A stretch of 64,000 nucleotides of DNA from contig OZ024745.1 in the NCBI GenBank assembly GCA_964016885.1, positions 89,962,001 through 90,026,000 of the forward strand, given 5' to 3'. The DNA comes from Eledone cirrhosa (taxonomy: Eukaryota). Position numbers and translations under genes: made by a program. The notes beneath the pieces were generated by a model, which made no database searches, was not told where the DNA came from, and worked only from the letters and a program-made list of their open reading frames with translations. Of this stretch, positions 43,719 through 60,790 are shown in pieces. Numbering within the stretch: position 1 is the first letter of the stretch; each line of letters starts with the position of its first letter.

Positions 43719-44191
43719 TCAGTCGAGAAAGTCTATGAACGCTTTAACCGATTTGCCAGTAATGACATCAATGGCTGCCATTCTAATTTCCGTATCACCG
43801 AAAGACATGATTGTTTTAATCTCTCGTCGCGACGGGGTGATAGGAATCTCGGTGGACAGATCAAGTGACAAGGTACCACATTTGCGAACACTCGAATCCG
43901 TGATGAATTTTACATCTTCATCGTCTGATGCATAGATATTAATGATGCTTAATTTCTGGTCAATTTTAGCCGGTGTGTAACTTCTGATCACTGTTTCTCC
44001 TGCTTTCATTGGTTGATTGATCACGACGAATTTGTCAAAGACGTCCGAACACCAATCCATTCCGTCTTTAGAAAATAGTTTCTCTTTCGGATGCTTGTTC
44101 TCATCGTAACGATTTAGGACTCCAACGCCGTAAGTGAGGCGAGATCGACGTACGCTTATCACCGATGGATTCTGTCCGTATAGTACTGCTC
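43719..44191 (-). CDS. HSPA12: Heat shock 70 kDa protein 12 family (HSPA12A/B-like), last coding exon
   Basis: Translates (G)AVLYGQNPSVISVRRSRLTYGVGVLNRYDENKHPKEKL...WCSDVFDKFV...RSYTPAK...CGTLSLDL...RREIKTIMSFGDTEI...KSVKAFIDFLD*, closely matching the HSPA12 C-terminus as I recall it. Acceptor ttttAG at 44192-44193 (minus), phase 1. Stop TGA at 43719-43721. Confidence 0.95.
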
Positions 44192-44449
44192 CTAAAACAG
44201 AGATTAGAATATAATATTTACAAATAAGTGAAAAACTGGAAAGTGTTTGTTTTCTACTCAGAACAGACTGTAAGAAAAATATTCTCCTTTACACACACAT
44301 TAGCAAATATGGTGAAACTGGGTGTTCGACAATATTGCTTCTTTTTATAAATACTTTGTTCTGTAATATAGTGATACATAAGCTTGTTTGAAAGTATTTC
44401 ACATACACACACACAAACTCACACAAACTCATACACACTCACATGTATA

Positions 44450-45177
44450 TCTATACATATATATAAAATTGAAATTGTCTGTGTGTGTGTGGGGTGGGGG
44501 AGTGTCCTAATTTTGGCAAAGTCTATACAAAACCACATTTCTACTCCGATTGACTTCAAACTTGCATTTATATATTCCTTGCGGTCTAAAGATATTAACT
44601 GCAGCGTTTATTATTCAATTTTCTGTTGTTAAAGGCGTTTTTAACTTTAAGCCCATTTTGTCATTTAGTTCGGAAATTTTGTCTACAAAGCTCAAGACAA
44701 CTCTTCAGTAGTTCGACAATATTATCCCTACTTAAACGTACATCCTTTGAAATTGTTGATGGTGACCCCAATAGTAACTCCGAAGCGTTCGGCATCCGGG
44801 TAGATATGTGTAACCTTAAAAGTATCCAACTAAATTCCTTCATGCTCTCCACCACTGCAGTCCCACATGCTTACTGCTCTGTAACTATTGTTTTCATTGT
44901 ACCATAGCACAACAAATATATGTTCGGTTTGTCGAATGCCTTTTTACTTAACGCTATCGTCTTGGTTTTCGTGGGTTGAACATTTTACTCAGCCAATTTT
45001 AACACCCAATTAAGTTAAACCCCTGGTAATCTACGACGAATTTTTTTTATAAGCACAAAATGTAGACACCATCCCCAGGCCAAGGTATTCCGTACTTCTC
45101 TGTACTGTTTTAGAAAGGAGTGATAACCATGCCAATCTATCTTTAGAAGGCCGAGCAACGCCGGGCCATTCTGCTAG
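44450..45177 (+). mobile_element. Non-autonomous Helitron in the last HSPA12 intron
   Basis: A|TCtatacatatatataaaa...gtctgtgtgtgt 5' end; 3' hairpin ggccgagcaacgccgggcc followed by CTAG|T. Confidence 0.78.
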
Positions 45178-45389
45178 TATATATATACATACATACAGAC
45201 ACACACACACATACACACACACACGTATATATATGTATATATACATATATATACATATATACATATATGTATAAGTATATATATGTATGTATATGCATGT
45301 ATATATATACATATAAATGTACATAAATATGGTGTATTTGTAAGTATATGTATACATATAAATGTACATATATATATATATGGTATATT

Positions 45390-45450
<61 letters not shown>

Positions 45451-45480
45451 GTACATATACATATCAATATACATAGATAT

Positions 45481-45890
45481 GAGAGATGACCCCTTAGCCT
45501 TTGTCAAGGCAGAATTCTAGGAGAAGGAAAACTCTGATATAACACCTGCAACCCTGATGGTATCCAATGATGTTGACTTGTTCTTCTTTTTGGTAAATAT
45601 CATCTTGGTTAAGAATGTGGGACTGGCTTTGTGCAGTGCCTTTGCTCACTATAAAAGCTTCACAGCACAGGCATTGCCTTATATCTGGAGATCTCTCTGC
45701 ACTTGTCGTCATATGGTACCATGGGCCTAGCACTTTGTGTCAATAATTGTCACAGGTGTAGTGTTTGTACCAGAGTTTTCAAGTCGCCGGCTGGACTAAA
45801 AAGTCACACTCGTTCAGCGCATCGGTAGGGGTTCTCCTACATGGATATAAAGTAGTAGCCGTACTCGAAAACGAGTTGGCAGCCACCATA
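45481..45890 (+). mobile_element. Copy of the ~410-bp RTE-like non-autonomous element
   Basis: Reverse complement of 1822-2232 with few substitutions. Confidence 0.6.
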
Positions 45891-45936
45891 TATATATATA
45901 TGTGTGTGTGTATGTATGTGTAAATGTATAGATGTG

Positions 45937-45998
<62 letters not shown>

Positions 45999-46153
45999 CA
46001 CATCTATACATTTACACATACATACACACATATATATATATATGGTGGCTGCCAACTCGTTTTCGAGTACGGCTACTACTTTATATCCATGTAGGAGAAC
46101 CCCTACCGATGCGCTGAACGAGTGTGACTTTTTAGTCCAGCCGGCGACTTGAA

Positions 46154-46251
<98 letters not shown>

Positions 46252-47210
46252 ACAGACAACGGATATATACCTTTGTTTGTTTGAGAGCTGTGGGTTTGAC
46301 TGCGTGTATTTTATATGTATGGTTTGGTATACAAGTATACACAAATATACATATTTATAGATATATATTTTTTAGAGATATTTCTGTATATGCATTTCCC
46401 CTAGTTGCTTAAATACAAATATATCAAATATATTTATTCTTTATGGTATATTACATGGGAGAAACATTTGTCATGAAATCTAAGGCGTACTTGAAAGAAC
46501 ATCGCTAGATGTTACAAAACACCAGATACAAACTAGAAGCTAATTATATATGGATATAGATATAAAACTAATAGCTTCTACCAAAATAGAATACACATTT
46601 TTTCTCTTGGTAAAGTACCATCAAAAACGTGGTTGTCACGAAAGGAACAAGGTGAATATTTAAATACTAATACCACAGATGAAAATAGCGATCTGCTTTC
46701 ATATTGGAGTGTTTTATTGGGAAATATAAAATAAGTAAAGGGAAGATCGAGAATCAGATATCGGAAACGAAATTACATTTCTTCGGAGTATATAACCCTA
46801 TAGAGTTGTTTACGAATATTCTACATAATAACTATTAGGTTGATATATTTTGTTGTGGGCTTTATTTTTTTTTCTGGCTATTTGCTTTTTATTTAACGTT
46901 TTAAAGTAGTTCAGCTCAAGGCCTATCTGTCTTATAATCTCAAATAAAGTAGATTGTGGTGCTAATGTACATTTAGTCGATTTTCTTTATGTTTTTAGCT
47001 CGGTTTTAAGTGGATTTAACATGGGAAGCAATGTCATAAAATTTATCTGAAGCAGGTTTCATCATTTCCACAGTGATACTCACAAATAGGTGTTCATGGT
47101 TATGTATTATTTTTCCTTATTTAAAAATGTGTACTGTCTGTGTTGTGACTAAGTTATGTAATTTGACATTACATTTTTTGTGTATATCTGGGGTTGTCTA
47201 TCGTGGGATG

Positions 47211-47475
47211 TGGAGGTACGCGGCCTAGTGGTAAGGGTGTTGGACTTACGATCATTATGTCGTGGATTCAATTCCTGGGTTGCGTGTTGTGTTCTTGAGC
47301 AAAACACTTCATTTCACGCTGCTCCAGTATACTCAGCTGGGGCTTGAACCCTGCAATGGACTGGTGCCCTATCCCGGGGAAATCTCGCACTCTCAATCAC
47401 TTCACGCCATGAAACCGGGATAAGCACCGGCCAAATGAGCATTCTGGCTTAAGACAGACTTTAGACTTTTAGACT
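47211..47475 (+). mobile_element. tRNA-derived CORE-type SINE
   Basis: A box ggcctagtggt, B-box-like gattcaattcc, CORE-like tgtgttcttgagcaaaacacttcatttcac, 3' (agacttt) repeats. Confidence 0.75.
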
Positions 47476-47808
47476 ATTGTGGAATGTCTTCTTCCTCTGC
47501 GCCCAATTATTCCTGAGAAGGTGGTGGAGGTGGTGTGTGTGTGGGGGGGGGGCTGGTACTGGTGCTGCTAGTGCGCTATTGGTATTGTTGTCGTTGGTGA
47601 TGTTGGGGTTTAATCAGAGCTTAACATTAATTAAGCAGACCTATATTCAAAAGCTGTCTAGCCATGATTATGCTATCGTTTTGCTGCTATTTCTGGATAC
47701 CGGTCTACCATGTAATAGCGGTCTTGTTATTGGTTCAGAAATGACATTATCCAAATGTCTATTATGTTACATACAACGTACATTAGTTCAATATATAAAT
47801 TAAGTTAC

Positions 47809-47937
47809 CTTTCAAAATAGACATGCCAACACCTTGGGGAATAATTACTTTCAGTATGTCTCCGAACTCTCGCCTTACAAAATGTTGCAACATATGTGAT
47901 TCTGCAAATCCTCCAACCAGGAAAAGGTATTTCAAAT
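47809..47937 (-). CDS. HSPA12: HSPA12-like penultimate coding exon (129 bp)
   Basis: Translates xLKYLFLVGGFAESHMLQHFVRREFGDILKVIIPQGVGMSILK(G), containing the Hsp70-type LVGGF motif. Flanked by ttttcAG and GTaact. Phase 1-1, so it splices in frame to the 43719-44191 exon (ILKG-AVLYG). No upstream exons were found in the window. Confidence 0.93.
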
Positions 47938-47986
47938 CTGAAAAAGGAACGACAAACATTAAATTGCATTATGCATACGACTTTAA

Positions 47987-48024
<38 letters not shown>

Positions 48025-48189
48025 ATATATATAGTATAATATATATATATATTATAATATAGGTATATATATTATAATATATATATATATAGTATAATAT
48101 TATAATATATATATATATATAGTATATATATATATATAGTATAATATTATAATATATATATATATAATATATATATATATAGTATAATA

Positions 48190-48799
48190 TTCTCTCTTCA
48201 TAATGTATTTTTAACTCTGATACTGGTTCAGTCTGGTTCAAACTGAATTGGTCTGTCCCAGTCATTCATTGAGCAACATCGGTGAAGTTGGCACCCTTAA
48301 CTCACAGTTGGGTGCGGATGCATTCATGTATATATGTGTGTGTCCGCATGTATCTGTGTGTTTCTAAATGTATTAATAACTCCCTCTGGTCGAGCAATCT
48401 TTGAAGTGTGGGGACAACTGGAAAGCTTCCATTACTCATACTTCTCGCCTTCTTCACTACCTCTTCTACGGCCTCGATATGAATACCCCCTCCGCCTCCG
48501 TGGTATTTTTTTCGTGGTTATAAGAGGCTTAGCTCTGTTTCTCGACCGTTATATCGCGTGACTATCTCCCCCTCCGCCTTTTGGGATTCTTTCTCACGTC
48601 GTGTAGACGCGTTCTTGAGACTAGTAAAATGAGGTATCCTCTTGATAAGTCGGCAGACCTCGCAAGGACTCTATATCTTTGATATATTGTTTTTGTTTAT
48701 GCCACGAAACTACGTAGTCGAGGAATTTAGGAACAGTTTAGGTATGATACATTTTATTACTAATTATATCTAAATGTTTCTTCTCTCTTCATAATGTAT
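48190..48799 (+). mobile_element. Non-coding 591-nt unit with 19-nt terminal redundancy and a U3-A8 variant HHR (48637-48724)
   Basis: TTCTCTCTTCATAATGTAT at 48190 and 48781. HHR tcctc-TTGATAA-gtcggca...tgccac-GAAAC-TACGTA-GTC-gagga. Embedded in AT satellite. Confidence 0.7.
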
Positions 48800-49197
48800 A
48801 TAGTATAATATATATATATATATAGTATAATATATATATATTATAATATATATATAGTATAATATATATATATTATAATATATATATATATATAGTATAA
48901 TATATATATATATATATATTATAATATATATATATACATATATTATAATATATATATATACATATATTATAATATATATATATATATATTATAATATATA
49001 TATATATATTATAATATATATATATACATATATTATAATATATATATATATATATTATAATATATATATATATATTATAATATATATATATACATATATT
49101 ATAATATATATATATATTATACTATATATATATTATAATATATATATATATACATATATTATAATATATATATATATTATACTATATATATATATAA

Positions 49198-49533
49198 TAA
49201 AAGTTCTATTTAAATTGTTGGGTTACAACAAGCAAATATTTTTATAACTGATATAAAGCACTCAACAAATATTTGGAGTAAAAATACGATATTAACAAAT
49301 GGAAACTATATTTATAAAACCATATTTATTTCATTATATATATTTCAAGGACACCAAGTTAAATTATGGTGTGCTTTCATCAGATAAAATATAATATAGA
49401 TCAGTTTTATAAATAAATATTGACATACCCTTAAAAAATGCAACCATTACTGTTGGCTAGTAATGGTTGCATTTTTTAAGGGTATGACAATATTTATTTA
49501 TAAAACTGATCTATATTATATTTTATCTGATGA
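49198..49533 (-). mobile_element. Naiad pLTR end (HHR 49327-49391, minus) plus an inverted copy ending at the CTGATGA core
   Basis: Near-identical to 6885-7145; 49459-49533 is the reverse complement of 49377-49451. Confidence 0.78.
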
Positions 49534-50542
49534 TATGTGGGTATGACGCAAGACAAATTCAAAACGCGTTATTACTCACATGCCGCATCCTTTCGACATC
49601 CAGGAAAAAGATTTACAACTCTGGCTAGCAGAATTTGGGATTTGAAAGACCAAGGCATCCAATATAAATTGGATTGGTCAATTTTGAACCAATCCAAAGA
49701 ATATGCAAGAGGAACAAGAAAATGCACGCTCTGCATAAATGAAAAATATTGGATCTTGCAAAATCTTAAATCACCAAAGAACTGCCTGAACACAAAAACG
49801 GAAATTTTCACCAGTTACCCACACATGAAATCACACCTGCTTTCCAGCTCATATAAACTTAACGCACTTTCAGATACTTATCCTCCATAAACTCTTATTA
49901 TTCTCTTTATAACTACCCTTTCTGATTTACTTTCATTTTTATCCTTATTATTAATTTCATTTTTATTTTTATTTTTATTTTTATTTTTATTTTTATTTTT
50001 ATTTTTATTTTTATTTTTATTTTTATTTTTATTTTTATTTTTATTTTTATTTTTATTTTTATATATTTTTTTATTTTTACTTCACATCCACCAATAACAC
50101 CCCCCCCCCTTCATTCTCCGATTCACTTACCTAATATCTTCACTTTCCACTTTTTACTTCCCTATTTTCTTCACTAACTGATTAAACTGGTAACTTGCGT
50201 TTTCCACTCCAGATATTTTTTATTTTTATTTTTTATTTTTTATTTTTTATTTTTTATTTTTTGCAGCCAATCTTATAATGTACTTTGTACTTACTTTTTT
50301 ACACCCTGTATCTATGTGTCTGAACGCCTTAATGTGTGTACACTTTCTATATATGTACACGAGCGCCTACGTATGTGCGCGTGCGTGTATATATATATAT
50401 ATGTATGTGTATGTGTATGTGTCTTTATATCCGTGTTTTTAAATCTATGTTTTTCTGTTTTTGTTTTTTTCTTCTTCCTTTTTTACATCCTCATTTTTAT
50501 GCGTGTGCATGCAAACAGGTCAATATGCGTGAGTGTAAGTAT

Positions 50543-50625
<83 letters not shown>

Positions 50626-51433
50626 TATCGAATGTACGGATGTGTAAGTGTGCGTGTGTATTTAAGCATGTATATTTTTGTGTTTTTTTTGTGTGTGTGT
50701 GTGTGTGTGCGAGTGTGTATACAGTCGCGTGCGTGCGCGTGATTAGATATACATGGGATACGCTTTTGTCTGCACGTTTTTTGCGTGTATATATATATAT
50801 TTCTTATAGATATACGTTTCTTGTAGATATACGTGTGTGTGTATGCGTGTACATTGTTTGTCTTCTTTTCTTGAATTTTTTCTTTCTAAATTATTGTTCC
50901 ATTTTTATAAATATATCGAGAACGATACTTTTTTTAATTATTACATTCCCTTACCTCTTTTAGTTCCGCATATAAGTGTACGTGTGTGTGGGTGTGTTTA
51001 TACGCGTGCCTTCATATTCTTATGATGTATCTATTACCCTATTTTTTCCGTGTACCTGCCAAACAGAAAACCACATCATGTCTGTCTGTAGTTTACAGAC
51101 ACACAGATACATTTGCCCTAAAATATATATTTACGCACACTTTTTCACTATACGTATACATTTGTACATACACATATATGCACATCTGTGAGCGTATATA
51201 CATACATATACACACACCTAACTATATTTCTTGAAAGATTTTTATATATTTCATATTGTAATTCATTTGTCTATATTTTTTTTTTTTTTTGCTTTTCTTG
51301 ATGAAACTTTCCAAGTATTTAGCCATGTTTTATATTGCCTCGTCTGACGAAGGAATGAAGACGTTTCTTTCGTATTCGCCTCATTCGGGAAACCTCTGGT
51401 AATGAGGTAATTATATTGTATTGATTTTTATAC

Positions 51434-51436
<3 letters not shown>
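49534..51436 (+). mobile_element. 5'-truncated Naiad-type PLE: GIY-YIG C-half, long 3' tail, HHR at 51335-51410
   Basis: YVGMTQDKFKTRYYSHAASF...LASRIWDLK...WSIL...KCTLCINEKYWIL...LNTKTEIF. HHR ttgcctcgt-CTGACGA-aggaatga/tcattcgg-GAAA-CCtctGG-TA-atgaggtaa. Confidence 0.8.
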
Positions 51437-51479
<43 letters not shown>

Positions 51480-51506
51480 CATATATACATACATCAACAT
51501 ATACAC

Positions 51507-51563
<57 letters not shown>

Positions 51564-51620
51564 CACATATATATATACACATATAGATATATATACACAT
51601 ATATATATATACACATAAAC

Positions 51621-51651
<31 letters not shown>

Positions 51652-51784
51652 CACATATATATATATATACACATATACATATATATATACACATATACAT
51701 ACATATATACACATATACATATATATATACACATATACATATATATATATATATTTATATATACACACATATATAAAAATATAA

Positions 51785-51833
<49 letters not shown>

Positions 51834-51846
51834 TATACATATATAC

Positions 51847-51899
<53 letters not shown>

Positions 51900-52006
51900 C
51901 ACACACATATACACGTGCATACACATATACAAATATATATATATACACACATAAAACCATATAAACATATATACATATATATATATACATACACATACAT
52001 ATATAT

Positions 52007-52049
<43 letters not shown>

Positions 52050-52446
52050 CATATAGACATACATACATATACACGCATACACACACGTACACAACACATA
52101 TACATATACATACAAATATACATACATATACACACAAATACACACATATATACATATATACAAATATAAACATACGTACATATATACTTATAAATATATA
52201 TATATATATACATACACACACATATATATATATACATATACACACATATATACACACATACACACGTATGCATATATACATATATATACACGCACATACA
52301 TACATACATACATATATATACACACATATATACACATATACATACATACACACGTATGCATATATACATATATATACACGCACATACATACATACATATA
52401 TATATACATATATACACATACACACATACACATATATACATGTATA

Positions 52447-52480
<34 letters not shown>

Positions 52481-52624
52481 CATATATATATACACATACA
52501 TACATACACACATATATATACATATATACACATGTATACACAGATACACATACATAGATACATACATACATACTTACATACACATATGTACAAATACACA
52601 CACATACATACATACACATACATA

Positions 52625-52700
<76 letters not shown>

Positions 52701-52928
52701 CACATACACACACAGACATACACACATACATATATACATATATACACTCACATATATATACACACATACATATGCATAAACATATATATAAACACAAATA
52801 CACACATACACAAAAACATACATATACACGCAATACAAATACACATGTACATATATATATACACACATATACATATATACATATATACACATACAAACAT
52901 ACATACATATACATATATACATATATAC

Positions 52929-53013
<85 letters not shown>
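51436..53013. repeat. Long compound (AT)n/(AC)n microsatellite
   Basis: Directly visible; source of the spurious YI/HT/VC ORFs. Confidence 0.96.
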
Positions 53014-53014
<1 letters not shown>

Positions 53015-54069
53015 TGGAAAATGTGTGTAATCCTTGGTACAGTTAGGTATATTAAGACAGGGGGGAAGAAAAAAATGGCTTCACTTGTGCTTTCAACAAA
53101 TTTATTTTCTTCACAAAATCCAAAAAGAATTTTTTTCCGGATTAGAAAAAAATAAAAAAAATATAATTTTTTTTATAAATTAAGTTGTTGGTTGTTGGTG
53201 GGGAGAAATGTAGCAAGTGCGGCCTGCCCCGGTCATTCTCGAAAAATTCCTTTATTCAGGGGAAAAAGCTTTTAGTATTCCTTTGTATCGAAGATGGTCA
53301 TAGGCAAACCGCACCTGCCAAGCTTGTAAACAATTATTTTTTCTCTGAAGAATTTTTCTACGTCCATCCCAAAATTAGTCCTTTGTTCAACACACACATA
53401 TGTGCGTATATACGTACATACACACACGAGCATATGTAGGAATATATAGGCACACACCATCAATCACACACCCATGTACATATACATCCACATACATACA
53501 TAAAAACATATAAAGACACATATAAAAACACATATACACATACGTACACACACGAATATGTACTCATACCTCCACATGGGTATATATATATATACATACA
53601 TACATATACATACATATACACACATAAAGATACATAACTAAATATACATATATACACATACACGCACACATACACACACACACACACACACACATATACA
53701 TATGTCCGTATACATCCGTTCACACATACATGCATACACACACACACATACACACACATATATATATATAGAGAGAGAGAGAGGCATACACACACACATA
53801 CATATATATATACATATATATACACATAAACACATACAGACACATACACACATATACATACATATACACATATATATACACATATATATATATATATATA
53901 CATACACATACAAACACATACATACATACATACACATATACATACATACATATATATATATATACACACACATACACATACAAACACATACATACACACA
54001 TACACATATACACATACATACATATACATACACACATATATATATATATGTACACACAAACACATAAAG

Positions 54070-54168
<99 letters not shown>

Positions 54169-54249
54169 TACATACATACATACATATACACATACAGAAA
54201 CATACATACATGTACACATATATACAAATATATGTGTATATATATATAT

Positions 54250-56152
54250 ATAAACGTTTGTATATGTATAATAAAGCCAAAACAATGCAGGTACGGACAT
54301 AGAATAAAGAATGCAAATGCTAAAGATATTGTTGACAATTAGTCTTTTACCTTAGATTTATTTAAATGTCCTTAATTTTCGAGATAATATCTCTTCTTCG
54401 GAGGGAAGTAAAGCGGTTAAACCAGTGTTCTAAATAGCTTGCCAAGTCTTGCTGATAGGAGAATGTTATAGAGTATCTGTTCTATCTCTAATGTCAAAGA
54501 GTTAAGGTTAGGTGGATAAAGAGCAGTCTCCCTTTAAAAGGGTTTTTTTTTTGTACATGCCTGTTTAAGTGTGTGGGAGAATGCGTGAAGGTGTAAGTAT
54601 GTGAGTGTGTGTGTGTGAGAGTGGGAAGATATGTCTATACACTAGAAATAGCAGACTCCCCACTTTCTACCACCTCATCAAGACCCACAAGAATAGTACT
54701 AAGACGTAAATAAGACCCATCGTCTCTAACATAGAAGGACCCCTATACAAAATTTCCTGGGTCCTCTCCCAGGTCCTCAAGCCTCTACTCTCCACCTTTC
54801 CCGGGCATGTCAGTAGCTCTGACGAGGTTATACGTAGACTACACCAACTCCATCTGAACAACTTAAACTAAATAGATACGCCTTTAGCCTCGACGTTGTC
54901 TCCCTCTACACTACAGTCCCCGCTCATCCAGATGTCGATTTATTGACGGACTGCGTGGTCGGAGTGGACATCCATTGCTACGGTCTCCATCCGACGGACA
55001 TACACCAGCTTTTGTCCTTCACAGTAGACAACACGTACTTCACCTTCCGCCACCACACATACAGACAGACAACAGGATTACCCATGGGATCCAGCCTATC
55101 GGGCCTGCTGGCCATCACCTATATGAACCAGCTAGAATGCCGAGCCCTCAACACCTGCCATTCCCATATTTTCTTCACCTGATATGTAGATGACATACTC
55201 ATCCTTACATCATCCCGTGAGGAGGCACATAAAATATTCACAACATTCTCCAGCATGTACGCCAGTATAAAGTTCAGCATGGAACACCCCGATGACCGCG
55301 GATCCCTATCCCTACTGGACTTCCAACTCAGGGTAACAGAGAAAGGCAACATCCACACCTGCTTCTATAAAAAAGCCGCCAGCAGGGACCTGTTGGTACA
55401 TTTCAGATCGGCCCTCCCAGCCGGCGCTAAGTTCGGATACATAAGGAACGAACTAATACGTATCCGGAACAAATGCACCGACGTTAGAGACCGAGACACA
55501 CACACCACAGATTTCCTGGAAGTACTCAAACTGAATGGATACACGACATCCACCACAAACCGTGCCAGAAAGAACAGAGGACACCACACCCGAGGCACTA
55601 ACACTTGCTTCCTGAAGCTCTCACACTTCAGTGACGAAACAACAACAGCCATCCGCAGAGCTATCAGACGAGAGGGACTAGATATCCAACTGGCCCACTC
55701 AGGTCCTTCTCTACGCGGACAGCTAACCAAAAGACACTCCACCAGACATGACACCTGCTGCAGGCTAGCCAACTGCCCCATCAACGACACAGACCTATGC
55801 CACCGGCTTACGTCGTATACAGACTAGAGTGTGACAAATGCAACAACTTCTACGTAGGTAGCACCACCAGACCACTCCACATAAGAATAAAAGAACACCT
55901 CAATACTAACGCTTCCTCATTTAAGAAACACCTAGTTAAATGCAAAAACACCGACAAAACCATAACAGTTAGGATAGAAACTAAGGAAAGAAACCTCGGC
56001 AATTTTACAATTAAAGAAGCACTAATTATAGACAAAACACAACCACCATTCAATAATAGACTAGAACTCAACACCCAATTTATAACTTGACAGAGCTTCT
56101 AGCTCCATATTTACACACACACCCCACACACACACTCACACAAACACGCACG

Positions 56153-56219
<67 letters not shown>

Positions 56220-56738
56220 TTACTCCTCCACTTATTCTCTCTCACACACACACACATACACACACAAAGACGAGTTCTAACACGAGATAACAGCTATCCC
56301 CCACATTTACGTATAGACATATCTTCTCACTCTCACACACACACACTCACATACTTACACATTCATGCATTCTCCCACACACTTAAACAGGCATGTACAA
56401 AAAAACCCTTTTAAAGGGAGACTACTCTTTATCCACCTAACCTTAACTCTTTGACATTAGAGATAGAACAGATACTCTATACCATTTCCTGTCAGCATGA
56501 TTTGGCAAGCTATTTAGAACACTGGTTTCACCGCATTACTTCCCTCCGAAGAAGAGATATTATCTCGAAAATTAAGGACATTTAAATAAATCTAAGGTAA
56601 AAGACTAATTGTCAACAATATCGTTTGCATTTGCATTCTTTACTCTATGTCCATACCTGCATTGTTTTGGCTTTATTATACATATACAAACGTTTATACC
56701 TCATTACACAATGCTTCAAGTGAACTATAACCTCCTCC

Positions 56739-56740
<2 letters not shown>
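54250..56740 (+). mobile_element. Penelope/Poseidon-type PLE, 5'-truncated, with inverted pLTR (54250-54640 vs 56311-56697)
   Basis: LPTFYHLIKTHK..IRPIVSN, SLDVVSLYT, YRQTTGLPMGSSLS, YVDD, IKFSME..LSLLDF, VVYRLECDKCNNFYVGSTTRPLHIRIKEH. CCGAAGA-core HHRs at 54370-54404(-) and 56543-56577(+). Confidence 0.9.
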
Positions 56741-56769
<29 letters not shown>

Positions 56770-56869
56770 TATACACACATACACATACACACACATATAT
56801 ATATATACACATATATATACACACAAATATATACATATACTCATACATACACATATACATACATATATA

Positions 56870-57965
56870 CAAATCAAGCCCAGCCAAAGTCAGTAGTGGA
56901 GTCCCACAAGGCACTGTGTTGGGCCCACTTCTCTTCATCATCTATATTAATGACATCACTGACATCATCAAACACAGCAACATTAAAATTTTCGCTGATG
57001 ATTCCAAGCTCCAAAAGGTCATCAATGGCGTGGATGACCGGATAAGCCTTCAGTCAGACCTACTGGCTGTTACCCAATGGGCAGAAAAGAACAACATGTT
57101 ACTGAACGAAGACAAATTCGAACTGATCCACTTTGGAAAAGAGGATGCTCTGAAACTCCCGTACTCCCTTCCCTCCGGGGAAACTCTCGTGGCATCTAAC
57201 AACATCAGAGACTTGGGAGTAACCGTGGACAGCAACATAAGCTGGACCACGCATATAAGCAGCAAAGTTGACATGGCCCGCAGAATGTGTTCCTGGATCC
57301 TCAGAACCTTCCAGTCGAGAGATTCCCGCACCATTATCCTTCTCTTCTCTACTTTCGCCCGACCACACCTTGAATACTGTTGTCCACTGTGGTCTCCCCA
57401 CACGAAACAAAGTATCATGAAACTTGAAGCTCCTCAAAGGGCAATCACGAAAAAGATAGATGGCATGTCAGACCTTGACTACTGGGGTCGATTGGAAAAC
57501 CTGAAACTTTACTCACTCCAACGTCGCCGTGAGCGTTATATTATCTGCATGATGTGGAAAATGTTCCATCATCACTGCCCAAATGATGTTGGCATCGCCT
57601 TCAAGATACACCCAAGGCTTGGGCCCCGTGCTATCCGTCCCATTCAAAAATCTAAATCGCAACTCATAACAACAATACGGCACAATTATTTCACCTCAAT
57701 CGGCCCTGCTCTCTTCAACATCACACCAGGACACGTCAAAACAGAAACTGACCACACAAAATTCAAGAAGTCTTTGGACAAATTCCTCCAAGTAATCCCG
57801 GACAAACCACCCACACCCGGATATGTCTCCGCAAACAGTAATTCTCTTCTCGAATGGGCCATGGTGCCCAAATCCTGAATTGAAAGACTTCGCCAGGTGG
57901 TGCTATTAAGTTAGACATGGCCTGGGCCAATACTGGCCAAAACATTTCAAAGTTATTCAAAGTTA
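56870..57965 (+). mobile_element. 5'-truncated CR1/L2-group (Crack/Daphne-like) LINE with an open RT C-terminal ORF (stop at 57878)
   Basis: SGVPQGTVLGPLLFIIYIND, IFADDSKL, RDLGVTVD, RPHLEYCCPLWSP, LYSLQRRRERY. 3' end ttcaaagtta x2, then (AT)n. Confidence 0.9.
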
Positions 57966-58004
57966 TACATATATATATATATAGATATATACATATATAT
58001 ACAC

Positions 58005-58039
<35 letters not shown>

Positions 58040-58057
58040 CATATATATATATACACA

Positions 58058-58089
<32 letters not shown>

Positions 58090-58106
58090 CATATATATAT
58101 ATACAC

Positions 58107-60790
<2,684 letters not shown>

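Noticed and set aside
43735-43935. Plus-strand ORFs overlapping HSPA12 exons (also 47823-48023) and antisense ORFs over RT genes
   Set aside because: Shadow frames of real coding sequence on the opposite strand.
51319-54316. Long ORFs of 200-531 aa made of YI/VC/HT repeats (and many similar short ORFs across the window)
   Set aside because: Translations of (AT)n/(AC)n microsatellites that lack stop codons; no protein features.
55180-55182. In-frame TGA just before YVDD in the Penelope-type RT as a possible selenocysteine
   Set aside because: This position is normally Arg (RYVDD). A single change from an Arg codon (CGA or AGA) explains it, and the copy has other frameshifts.
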